64,000 nt of DNA from an uncultured virus (IMG/VR IMGVR_UViG_3300044490_000560) (lineage: Duplodnaviria > Heunggongvirae > Uroviricota > Caudoviricetes). Below are positions 37,101-49,100 of the stretch, piece by piece. The notes under the pieces were generated by a model. The model searched no databases. It saw nothing but the letters and a program-made list of their open reading frames with translations, and had not been told where the DNA came from. A program made the position numbers and the translations under genes. Every line of letters starts with the position of its first letter. Positions within the stretch are counted from its first letter, which is position 1. The stretch lies in the IMG/VR virus record IMGVR_UViG_3300044490_000560, one strand, 5' to 3'.

Positions 37101-40100
37101 CAGCTGGTTGACGCCCAGCCGGTACACCGCTTTCGCGACGTCCCAAGCCGTAGCGTCGGACGACAGGCCGAGGTCGGTCGCGCGGCCGTGCCGAATCGTT
37201 TCGGCGATTTCGAGTGCGGTCGCGTTCGCCTTGAACGGATTCGGCACGCCTTCCTGCGACGCGGCCAGGTCCGCCAGGAACTTGAACATGCCGACGAACC
37301 CGGGCTGCTGCGCGGCCTCACTGGCCGACAGGTCCCGCTTGTCCGTATACCCGATTACCGGTTGGATCTGCTGGCCCTCGGAGTCGACCTCCTCCGGCCC
37401 GTAGATCGGGCGGCGCTGGCGGGTCTTTTCCACCATGGGTCGCAGGCGCGCCATTTCATCGCTGACTGCCTGTGTGAATTCGGGTGGTTCCGGCTTGTGC
37501 AACTTCTGGGCCCAGTACTTCAGGGCACCGTAACCGGCGACAAACGGCGTGTAGGCCGACGAGCCGAACAGCCGTCCGTCCCCGTTGACCAACCAGCCCA
37601 TTGACCGGGCGTGCCGGGTGACGTTCTCCATCGCCGTGCGGATCTTGGTCGCGATGAACTGCATGTCGAGTTCGGTCGGATTGCGCCCGTTCTGCTCGAC
37701 AAGTTTGCGGTAGGCGGTGCTCGACTTGAACAACGCTTCTGACTCGCGGACCGGAATGGCCGGTCGCGGGTCGTACAGGGTGGGCGAGTCGTCGGACAGG
37801 GCGCCGCGGCGACGGCGTGTCACCGCCCAGCCGGTGCGTTCGAGTTCGCGAACCGCGGCCTGTTCCCGCGCCGCCACGTCGCCCATTTTGATATGCGGAT
37901 TCAGAACGGCAACCTTGATCGCCCCTTGCAGGGCCGCTTCGAATTTCCGGTACAGGCTCTCGTGCGGCAGTGCATTGCGCAGCGTCAAGAGGGTCTTGTG
38001 CACGGCCAGGAATTGATTTGCCCCCTGCTGTTTGTTGGCCGGCAGTTGACTGCGCCGGAGGGCTTCTTCCAACGATACGATCTTGGCGATGTTCGCGTCC
38101 AGCGTCTGAGGCGGCTGACCCGGCAGGAGCGAAACAGTCGGGTACAGGTCGTCCCACGGCAGCTGGCGCAGCTGGATCTCGCCCGCCGTCGCTGTGCGGC
38201 CGTTGTACCCGCCGTCACAAATGAAGGTCGAAACCACTGTCGAGAACCATTTGGCGATAATGAACTCTTCGTCGTTCAGCATGTGCGGCGATTCTTCGCC
38301 GCGATTGATGCGCACCAACTCCGCTCCGAGCGTCTGCCGATGGTTACGGGTCACCTTCTGGTCCGTCGGCCGGACGACCCAGGCGCCGTCCACCAGCGTG
38401 GCGCCCAGGCCGGACTGCACTTCCGCCCGAGTGATGTAGCCGTTTTCACCGCCGAGGCCCAGCAGTTGCGTTAACCAGTTCGACGCGGCGATCGCCGCCG
38501 GGATCGAACCCAAGGCCGTCTTGTCCAGCAGGAGCGATCGGATGTCCACGCCGTCGAAGTCGGGGAACACCGCCCCGGAGAACCAGACGTCGGGGTCCTG
38601 GAACGACACCAGGAACTCGTGCTCCGGGTCGACGCGGCCACGCTCCGGATTCAGCGCATGCACCTCGAGCAGATCGTGCTGCTCTTTCAGGGTGGGCGGT
38701 GTCGGCGGGACGTTCTTCGGCGGCGTCAAGGCCCGGTCGCGACCTTCCGCGACCGCGGCGATCGCCGGATCGCCCCGGAGTGCGGACAACGTCGCCCGAC
38801 CCAGCGAAGAAGCCGTCAACAGGGCCGTCTCCGCGGTCTGCACATAACTCAGCGCATCGGCGCGGCTGGTATCCGGCAGCGCCTCGGCGTCGGCGCGCAT
38901 TTTGGTCAGCTGTTTGGCAATCGTCACCTGTTGCGCGCTAAACCGGTTCATCAGGCGCGCGAAGGCCTCGTCCGGCATCCGCTGCGGATCGACCTGCACG
39001 AAGGTGCCGTCCGGCTGGACGACGGCGTCGATCAGCGCCTTGAGCGCCGACGCGACGGTTCCCAACCGGGGCGTTTGAACCAGCTGATCCCGCAGGCCGC
39101 TAAGAGCCGCGGCCAGTTCGGCCGCCGCGTCCATGCCGGCGCCAAGGAATACCCGGGCACGCAGCTTGGTGGCGTTCGAATTGTCCGCCCAGCCGGCGAA
39201 CTCCGGACGCGCCAGCGTGCTGTCCTGCCAGGCCGTGTACTCAGGCATCTCGGCGTGGATGGCGCGATCGAGATCCTGCGCCCGGCGCACCGCCGCGGCC
39301 TGTTGGTCGACCTGCGTCTCCGCCGTGGTGCGCGGGGGCGCCACGATGTCCTTGAAGGCCTGCCGCGTCGCAATGGCGGAGCGGGCCAGGTGGGCCGTGG
39401 CGCGAAACGCCTGGATGGCCGGGTCCGACGTATCGGACATGTCGGCCAGCATCCCGTAGGCCCGTTTCGTCCGCATGCTGATGCTCTTCATGGCCGTCCG
39501 GCGATCCGCCAGGCGGTCTCCCTGCAGGCTCGCGCGCAACACGGACCGGAGGGCCTCCTGTTGGGACTTCTCCAGCGGCGATTGGGCAATCATCAGGATC
39601 GTCTGCTGGACCTGACTGACGACCGTGCGCTCGAAGTCCGGCTCGTGCTGCCACAGCCAGCGGGTCTGTTCCGCCAGAGCCCCGGTCTTTGTGGCACGCA
39701 TCAGGCCGAGATACGCCAAGCGGCGATCCCGGTCCGACAGGGTTGTTCCACCCACCGGCCCGAGATTGTCCACCAGCGCCTGTTGCAGCGCGCTCTCGAA
39801 CGTGGGATTCTCCGCCAGCGAGGCGGTCATCTCCGGAGCACGCGGCCGCGCCGGGACGAAGCCGATCGCCGAGGCCTTCATCAGCTCGGCCCGGGCACGA
39901 TCCGCTGCCTTCTCCATGAGCGACTCGACCGGAATCCGATCCGCCGACGCGTCCGGTTCCGACAGGGACGCCGTGGCGCCGTCGGACAGGGGCCGCTCGA
40001 ACGCCTTGGCCAACCGCGTCGCCAAGCCCGCATTGACCTCCGGCACGAACTTGACTTCCGGACTAGCCGCCAACGCGTAGTGCAGTACCGACTCGTCCAT

Positions 40101-43100
40101 CACGCGACCCGGCGTCCCCGCGGCCGCCTTGGCTTCCTTGGCCGCCAGCGTGGGCGTGCGACCGTCCATCACGGTCCGGTAGAGCGCCGCGCCGGGGCCG
40201 GCCAGGGTTGACTGGATCTCCGTCATGGCGTTGGATTGGTTGGCGCGTCGCGCGGCTGCGATCGCCGCCAGCATCGTGCCGGTGATCACGGCCGGGTCCG
40301 GGTACCGCATGTTCTCGATGATGCGGGCGCCCGCTTCGAACGCGGTCCCGATCTCGCCGGTCGCCCAGTCCAGCTTCGCGATGGCGCGCAGCGCCTCCGC
40401 CGTCTCGGTCGCCGCGTTCGTCTCACGCACGCCGCGGTTATCCGCTTCGGCCTGCGGATCGGCCAGGTACGCCCGCAGCTTCGACTTGATCTTCGCGGCG
40501 TTCGCGGCGATCAGATCGAGGCCGGTGCGGGCGGCCGAATCCGCCGTCACGATCGGACGGGTCGGAGGCTCCAGTGCAGCCGCCGGCGCGGGGCGCTCGG
40601 TCAGCAGTTCTGCCAACGCACGGGCTTGCGACACGGGACTTGTGGCGAACTGGTCCGTCAAAACGCGTCCATTCGCCTGCGTCCGCAGATCCCGCTCCAA
40701 CGCCGGGTTCTCGTCCAAGAACCGGGCCCACAGGTCCTTGTACTCAGTGTACAACTGGTCGTAGGACTTGCCGTTAATGGCAGGTTTTCCTTTCCCCGCT
40801 TGCCAGTTATTGGACTGTGTCCGGTAGCCTTTAACATCCAGTTGATAAGCCTCTTCGATGGTCCGTCCGTCTTTCAAACGGGCAAACAACGCCGAAAACC
40901 GGCGATCGCCTTTGCTCGACACTTCGTACCCGTTCTGAGCGAAGCGCGCGTGTGTCCAGGCCGCGGGTTGGCTCGCTAGCGCCTCTGTTCTACGCAAGGC
41001 CTGTTCGTCGCCGTTCTCAAGGTACAGGCGTTCCGCTTCGGCCAGCGTCATCGTGTCGTAGCTGGGCTTCGGGACGTCCAGGACCGGCGGGGGCGCATCC
41101 TCTTTCAGCAGCGTGACGGGCACTGCCTCGCCGGTCGGCAGCCGCCCCTGGCGCTCCTTGACGTACCAGTCGCGCAGGGCCCCGGTCGTGTGCGTGCCCC
41201 AGGCCAGTGCGCCGTGATCGAGATTCAGCACGTCCGGCACTTCATAGTTTCGCGCCGTTCCGACCGTTGTCGACTGGGCGCCACGCGGCGGCGTGACCAC
41301 CGCCATGCGCGCCAAAGTGAGCTTCAAGGCCCGTCCGCCGATCGACCGGCCGTTCGGCTCGCCGTCAAACAGGTACTCGGCCTGCGGCCCATCCAGCGCC
41401 CGGGCCTGTGCGAAGTGCAGGTCCGCATTCGCGTCTGGCCCCATTGCGGCCATGAAGGACCGGGCGGACCGCGTCAGCTTCGGCGTCACCATCGTCACGA
41501 TGGAGCCGTACAGGCGTAGCAGGTAGTACATGTCCCGCGGGGTTACTGTCAGATTTCCGACTTTGACGTTCAACAGCTTGTTGTCGGGGTTCCACGTCCG
41601 CAGGGCCTCGAAGCCGCCGGCAAGGCGCGGCAGGGCGACGGTGGCGTCGTCCGCGGCCCGCAGCGCGATGAACGAACCGCCGTTCTGTGCGCACGGCGCC
41701 AGAAGGTTATCCAGAGCCGGGTTGATCACCGAATGCCCATTGGGACCGCGCAGCTTTCCGTCCCGGCGCGCTTGAGCGTACGCCTGGAACATGTCCGCAT
41801 AGATCCCTTCTACGCTTTGGATGAATGTTACGGTACGATCGGCATCCGCAACGCCCGTCAACAACGTCTCGACCATCTCCCCGATTTCGACGGGCGTCAG
41901 CCGCACGGCGGCGTCCGCCATGGCCGCCTTCTGCGCCCGCTGATCCATCGGGGTATCCGCGGCCTGCCGCTCCAGTTCGCCCTTCTTGATGTACCAATTC
42001 AGGACCGACTCGTCGTAATGGCCGCGGAAGGCCTGACGCGCCTGCCGCTCCCACCGGGCGCTCATGTGTATCCGCCGGTCCCAAAGGCCGTTCGGCTCGA
42101 ATCCACGATCCGCCGCCAGGCGCTTGCGAAACACCTCCGCAGATGTCACCCGTCGCAGGTACGACTCGAGCATAGCTGGGCCAGCGAAGTACTTGGCGCG
42201 CGGCTCGAACACGTCTGCGACCGCCCCGGCCCCGTGGCTAAACCCAAGAATCTCCACCAGGCCGTCAAACGTCCGCAGAGCCGCTTCCCTGGAGTCCCGG
42301 CCAGCCGCCTGCGCCAGCGAGCTTGCTTCGGCCACGGCCGCGGCGACGCTCGTCTGGACGGGGCCCGGCAACGCCTCCAGGGCCGTCATGCGCCGCGGGG
42401 ATCCCTGCAGCAGGGCCGCCATCATCCGCTCGGCCAGCTTCGAATCCTGGAACGTCGCCGGGTGTTGTGAGTCCTTGGCCTGCCAGGCTTGGTTCGCATA
42501 CGCCTGCATGACCTTCGTGTCCATCGCCGCCAGGTACGCCGCGTGGAACTTCTCGAACTGCTCCTGCGTCTTCGGCTTCGCCCGGTACAGCAGGGGGATG
42601 TACAGGTCCAGGTACGGATACCCGATCTTGTACAGGGCGCTCTCGCCGTTGCCCTTCAGGATGTCGAAGAGCATGTTGTTACCCGCGGCGGCAAACCGCA
42701 GGAATGCCCGCCACTCCTCGGGCTTATGCCCCTGCGTCAGATCGCCGTCGGGCAACGGGATCGGCGCGCCATCGTCCCCGAAGAACAGCGGCCGGCCAGC
42801 GTTCAGCGGCTTCTCCAGCCGCGCGCCCAGCAACGTGTGCATCACGGCGAGATTCGCCACCTGATCCACACCGGTACCACGATCGGTACTGCCAGTGATT
42901 CCTTCGTCCGACATGGCCGCCACTTGCCACGGGTCGCGGAAATCCGTGTCCGCGCGCCAACCCGAGCTTTTCTCCAGCGCGTCCGCTTCGGCCTTTTTGT
43001 CCTGCTTCCGCAGCGCCGCGACCGTCTTCTCCCGCACAGCCTGCACGAGTTGTCGCTTGTACTCCGGCGACATCGGGTCCGCGATTGTCGGAAAACCGCC

Positions 43101-46100
43101 GTCCGTCCCGTCTTTGTCGTACGCCACGCCCTGCTTCGGTTGTGGCCCTTCGACGCGCGTCGGGTCCATGTTACGCAGCCACGACACACGCGACTCCATG
43201 ATCGAGTTCTGCAGCAGCGCCATGTACATGTCGCGCTTCCACTCGGCGACGGCCTTGACACGCTGGGTGTACCGCGCCTCTGTCTCGTTGGCCCGCCGCT
43301 GCACGTCCGAAGACGTCATGTCCGCCAAGGCCTTCTCGAGATCCTCCAGGGACCACTGCCCGCGCATGATCCGCCCGAACGGGTCCATGCGAAACAGCGC
43401 CACCGCCGCCGTGTCACCGTCACGATCGTTGCCCGTCTGCCGCTCCATGCCCGGCACGTCGCGCACGATCGCCTCGTCTGCCGGCGCCAGCGCATCAATG
43501 GCAGGTGTGTCCAGCACCTGCAAGGTGCGCTCGCCCTTTTTCCCTCGCTGCGGTCGCGCCCACCGCTGCCGGCCACCGGCCGGCGCCGTGGTGGCGGGGC
43601 CGACGATACGAGCCAGGATCACGGCCGAGCCGCCGTCCCCGGACGGCGTCCGGGCCACGATCGCCAACCCGCCATGGAGCATCATTCCGCGCTTTGGCTT
43701 GCCCGGCCCGTCGAACTGCCCCCAGTCCAGCGCGTCCCAGTAGAACGATCCTTGCGCGTCGAACAGGTCGGAGAACGACAGCACCCGGCGGGCATCCATC
43801 GGCTTGCCGGACGGATCCAGGAACAGCGGCATGATGTCCTCGGCCAGCATCCGCAGATACTCGTCATGCGCCGCCGGGTCGCGCGCCAGCTTTTCGAGCA
43901 GCGTCAGCCGCTCCACCAGCATCTTCGCCGCGGCGTCGTCGGTCGCGCCCTTGAAGAACTGGTGCTGCAGGTTCACCCCCAGGGAGGTGCCACGGAACAT
44001 GGGGTGTGCGATGTTGGCCTGCAGCAAGGCCGGCAGGAACAAGAACCGCTTTCCGCCGTACGGCGTGGCCGTCTCGCCCTGGTCCACCCAGCGCGGAGGC
44101 CGCGTCAACGGATGATCCCCGCCGAACGGGTTGTCGACCAGCAGGTTTCCATCCGCGTCGTAAACAGGCTGTCCGTCCTGCAGCCGAACCTTCCCTTGTC
44201 CCTGATTGACCGCTTTGATGCCCCACACGAGCGGCATGGACGGCACGAGTTCGGACCCCAGGCTCTTGACCACTTGGGATTTGGCGGCTGGACCCTCTTC
44301 CGGAATGAGTCCACGGCGGACCAAGTCGCCCAGGATCGGATCCCGCTGGTCGTCGCCCAAGCCCTTGCGCGGCTTTGGGAACTTCGTGTCGAACGCCTCG
44401 TTCAGGCGCTCGGCCATCCAGTACAGCTCCGCCTGAGTGTACATGTCACCATCGCGCCGATGGTTCGCGTAGAAGTCGTGGTTCGACGGCACAGCGGAGT
44501 CATACAACGATGCGGCCTGCATGGCACGCACGTTGGTGTCATAGCTAATGATGATGGCGGGACGACCGCCTTCGCCGGTCTTGACATTACGCTCGATCGT
44601 CAGCCCCGGCAGGATCTTGCTCAGTGTCGTCTTTTTCCCGCGCCACGTCACCTCAGTTTCGGGCGTCACGTCCGGACTTCCTCGAATCCAGGCCGCCACG
44701 GTCTGGCCCTTCGCCTCGGCCAAGTCCCGCTTGTTGGCCAACGGGCCCTCCTTGGCGCCGTCCAGGTCGGACACGAGCGTCGAAGGCGACTGCTCTGTCA
44801 CGCGTGACAAAGCCAGACGCATCGCCCATTTATCAGCCGGCGTCCGGCTCGGGTCCGCCAGGGTCTGCTCGTCGGCCCGGATTGTGGTTCCTTTCCCCAT
44901 GAACCACTCGCCATCCATCGACAAGTAGTGCAGCTTCTCGATGTGCTGTTCACTGCGCCCCCGCAGTGTTCCAGTCAGCGTATGCGCCGTCCGCATGACG
45001 GCCCCGGCTCCATACAACGTGCCGTAGAAGGACGTGTCGCCCTCTTCTCCCGAATAGGTGTCGGGAATGACCACCAGCATCCGAAACCGTGTCGGCGCGG
45101 GAACGATCGGCCCCATGCCGTTGAACATCTGGCCCGAACGCTTCTGGTTGAACGGCAGGCGCCCGCGCTCGTCCACGCCCAGCAGCTCGGCGACGGTCCT
45201 GTACGTCTCCGCGTACGTGTCTCTCCCGGCCGTCAGGTGCGCCCGCGGGACCAGGATCGCCAAGGCGTGCTTCTTGTCCGCTTTGTGGAGCGGCAAGTAA
45301 GTGTAGGTAGACCCGGCATTATGCGCGGCGATCGCCGCACGAAGGACCGCGCGCTCCTGCGGCTCCGGCGACTCCACGCCCGCCGCATCCGTCATGCCGA
45401 CCGTGTTGGCGAAGATCGGCGTGCCGTCCGGCCAGACGGCGAACCGGCGCGCCTGCGCCAGCGCCTGCAGATAGCTGGCGTGCTCAGGGTGCGTCTGGGC
45501 CGACACCGCTTCGGCGGGGAAGAACGTCTGCACGCCGCGCGTCAGCCAATCCGACGCCAGAATGCGCGTCATGACCGGAGATTGGGTCGGCGCCACGACG
45601 TGCACCAGGCTGGCCGTCCGGCCAATCCCACGCACCTGCCCCATTGAGATCTTCGACGCGTACCGGTTCAATAGGCTCGGAAACGCCCCTTGGTTGGTCG
45701 CCTTGCCCGTGTGAATGTTGTCGGCGGTCAGTCGTGAAATCGCGTCCGCGGCGGAGATCTCCGGGAACTGGTATGCCAACGCCACGTCCCGAACCCACCG
45801 GGCCAACGCGCCGCCGTAGTTCTTGCCGCCGGTGAGCCACGATGCGAACCACATGTCCAACGACGACCCCGCCACCCCGCCGGCCTTTGACCGGTGCTCG
45901 GCCACCTCTCGCACCACGGCGGGATCCCGCAGGGCCGTCGCGAAGAAGTTGTCGACACCGAACAGCCGATCCGCCAGCTTGGCCACCTCTTCAAACCGCC
46001 GTGCCACTTCCACACGCCGGGCACTCAGGTCCAAAAGCGTCGGCATGGGCGTATTCATGTGACGGGTGATGACGGCCTCGGCGTCCTTGGCAATCTGCTG

Positions 46101-49100
46101 CAAAGTGGCCTTGGTCTGCGGCAAGCTCCGGTCGTGTGTGCGCGCTAGTCCCGTGGCGCCGGTGGACGGCGCGTCCAACGATCCGGACCGCCGGTGAACC
46201 CGCATGGAAGTCAGCTGCGACACAGCGTCCGCGTCGTCATCGTTTTCCCACGACGCTCCTGAGTCAGTCAGGTTTGCCCGCTTCGGCTGCGGCTCCCGGA
46301 ATGACACCCCCGCCACTTGCGTGGCACCACGCAACGTCGTCATTAGCCGCAACGAGCCTTCATACCCCAGGGTGTGTAGAAGCAAATAGAAGGCGCGGTA
46401 CTGTTGACTCGAGCCGTCGGCTCCTTCATGCCCCGCCCCCTTCTGCCGGCGGTCCCCCGTCTCGCCCTCCCGCGGCTCGACCAGCCCGTGCGCCAACAGG
46501 CGCGGACGCAGCCAAAGGTTGTACGACTCTTCATTGCGCAACAGCGCGTGGGTCCGCAGGTCTGTGTCCACGCCGCTCAACAGACCCGCGATGCTGTCCG
46601 GCAGAGCCCGCCCCATCACCAGCGACGGCCGGTACAGCAGCTCGAGCATCTTTGTTGCCTCGCCCATGGATCCAGGGGCGAAGAGTCGCATCAGGTTCAC
46701 CACGGCGCGCTTGGTCGAGTTGCGGCCGAACATGTCACGGGCGGCGTTGTCGCCCCACGTCGCGATTCCCTGCTCGGCGTCTGCGACAGCGGCGTCCGCA
46801 TCGTCGTTAAACGTCTGATAAGCCTGCAGCGATGCACGCCGCTCGTCCGCCTGGACGTACGCCAGCCGCATCTTGTCGATGTCCGTCGCCGGCATCGACG
46901 GCTCCAACCGGCGGTAAAACTCGAACGATGCGCGCAGTCCATCCGTACCGTAGTCGCTGGCACGCACCCCGAAGTTGAACCCCGGCGACCGCATGGCAAG
47001 CTCGGCGAACTTGACCATCAGTCCCACCTGATCCGGGTCATGCAACGCCTCCGCCACCGATGCGGATTTTCCTGCCGTAGGAGGCGTTGACTCCGCCGCC
47101 GCGACCGTTGCGGCCGAGGCGGTCGTGGCAGTCGATGCGGTCGCTGCGGCCGATGCGGCGGAAGTGGCGGATGCGGCAGCAGTGGAGGCGTCGCCGGCCG
47201 AAAGCGTTTCGGCCGCGGCGCGCTCTTTCACGACTTCCGCCGCGCCCTTGATCTCGAGCTTGCCCCTCTGCACCTCTGCAATCCCTCGCGCCAACGCCCG
47301 CCGATCCTCCGGCAAGTACGACGTGCGGGTGGCTCCGCCTGCGTACAAGGCGCGCAGTTCCGTTTCAATCACCTGCGTCGCCTGTTCCGGTGTCATGCTC
47401 TTGAGGGAGCTGATTGCGTCCGCCGGAATGGCGCTATTCGGCCCCAGAAATTCCGCGACTTCTTGGCTGGTGGGAAGCACGCGCAGCCGCGCCTGGTCCC
47501 GCTGCCCGGCCGGCGCCAACGCCGTGAGCGTTGCCGCCAGGACGCTATCCGCGTCCCGCAGCGATCCTGCCCCGAGCAGTTGATTGACCAAACTGTTAAA
47601 CGTCAGAAACGCTTCGCGCACCGCCGTGCCGTCGTCCGCCCGCCCGCGAACTTCATCGGCGATCAGGCCCAGGGTCGCGTAGTACTTGCTGCCACCGAAC
47701 CCGAGCGTCTGCGCCAGTGCCTCGTCCGCGCGGTAGAACACAAACCCGGCGATCGCATGACTGATCGCCTCCAGGTTGTATGCGTCCGGGTTGAAAATGT
47801 ACTCCGCCAGATAAGCGGCTTCGCGCAGAGTCGTGTCCGACACCCGGTTGGCGTTCTCGGACAACCGCTTCAACGCATCATGGATGTTCTTGATGAACTC
47901 ACGCGCCGCGGGGCGATACTTCTCCGCCAGACGCGGATCGCGGAACAGTCCTGCGATCACTTCACCCGCAACGCCCAGGCGATCCAGGCGCCGAACGGCG
48001 CTCTCGATCGCATCTTCGATCACGGCCGTCGTGTTGCCCACGTGCTTGAACGGAATGTACACATCGCCGCCAAAAGACACGGCGCCAGGCGTGACCAGGT
48101 ATCCATACTGCCCGCGGTCCCCGGGATTCTGCGCGATGTGACGCGCGGCACCCGACTCCTCCAGGGCCTGCCGGGCCAGCAACTCCGCCCCGAGCGGCCG
48201 GTCCTTCACCCCGCCCTCGGCTGTCGGATCGTTGAACAGCGCCACCCACGCCTTCTGGGCCGCCTGCGCCTCTTCCGGCGTGGCGAAAGCATCCGCGCGC
48301 CGGCCGCTCTCGTCCCACTTTTTCGCCAGCGCGAACTGCTCGTCCATCAATCGCCGGGCCTCCACGAGCGTCAGGCCGTCCGGCCCTGCCCGACCCACAC
48401 GCGCGTACGGCAGGTTCGCCAATGCCCGCGTCTTCTCCGTCTTGAGCATGTACGGACGAATCCACGGCACGGCAGCCAGCTGCAGCGCAGACGTCCCGTA
48501 CACGGCGTTCGTCGGCGTGAAGAAGATCCGTCCCTCGCGAGCGGTCAACCCGAGCGTCGTGGCTTGCGCCTGCGCCTCGGCGCGCGACTGGACGCTCCGC
48601 GCCCCCGGGGCGATTTCCCCCGTTTCGGGGTCGGCGAGAAGGAACGCCCCATCCGAACCGGTCACTTCATAGACCCGCGTCCCGTCCGCCGTTTCGTAAA
48701 CCGGTCGCAGCAGACGCTCGTTCAACGCCAGCAAGGTGCGGGCAAAATCGCTCACATAATTCCCGGCCCGCCGGATGTCGTGTTCCGTAAAGAGCGTCAG
48801 GTTCGAAACGCTCTCGCGCAGCAACTGCCGCTGCGCCGCATCGGACTCCACCGACCCGTCGTTTCGCGCCGCGGCTTCCAACAGCGCCCGGTCCATGCCC
48901 CGGCCAGAATAAGCGGTATGAAACGCACCGAAGTCACCGATCGTCGACACGTCCGTATACGTCACAACTCCACGGGAGGCCAGGAACTGCTCAAGCGCGT
49001 CAGTCACTTGCGACAGTGTGGTCTTCTCCGGAGCCGAGTAGACTGTACCCACGCGATCGCCGATGATGTCGAACTTCAACCGGCCCGACGCAGCCTGCAG

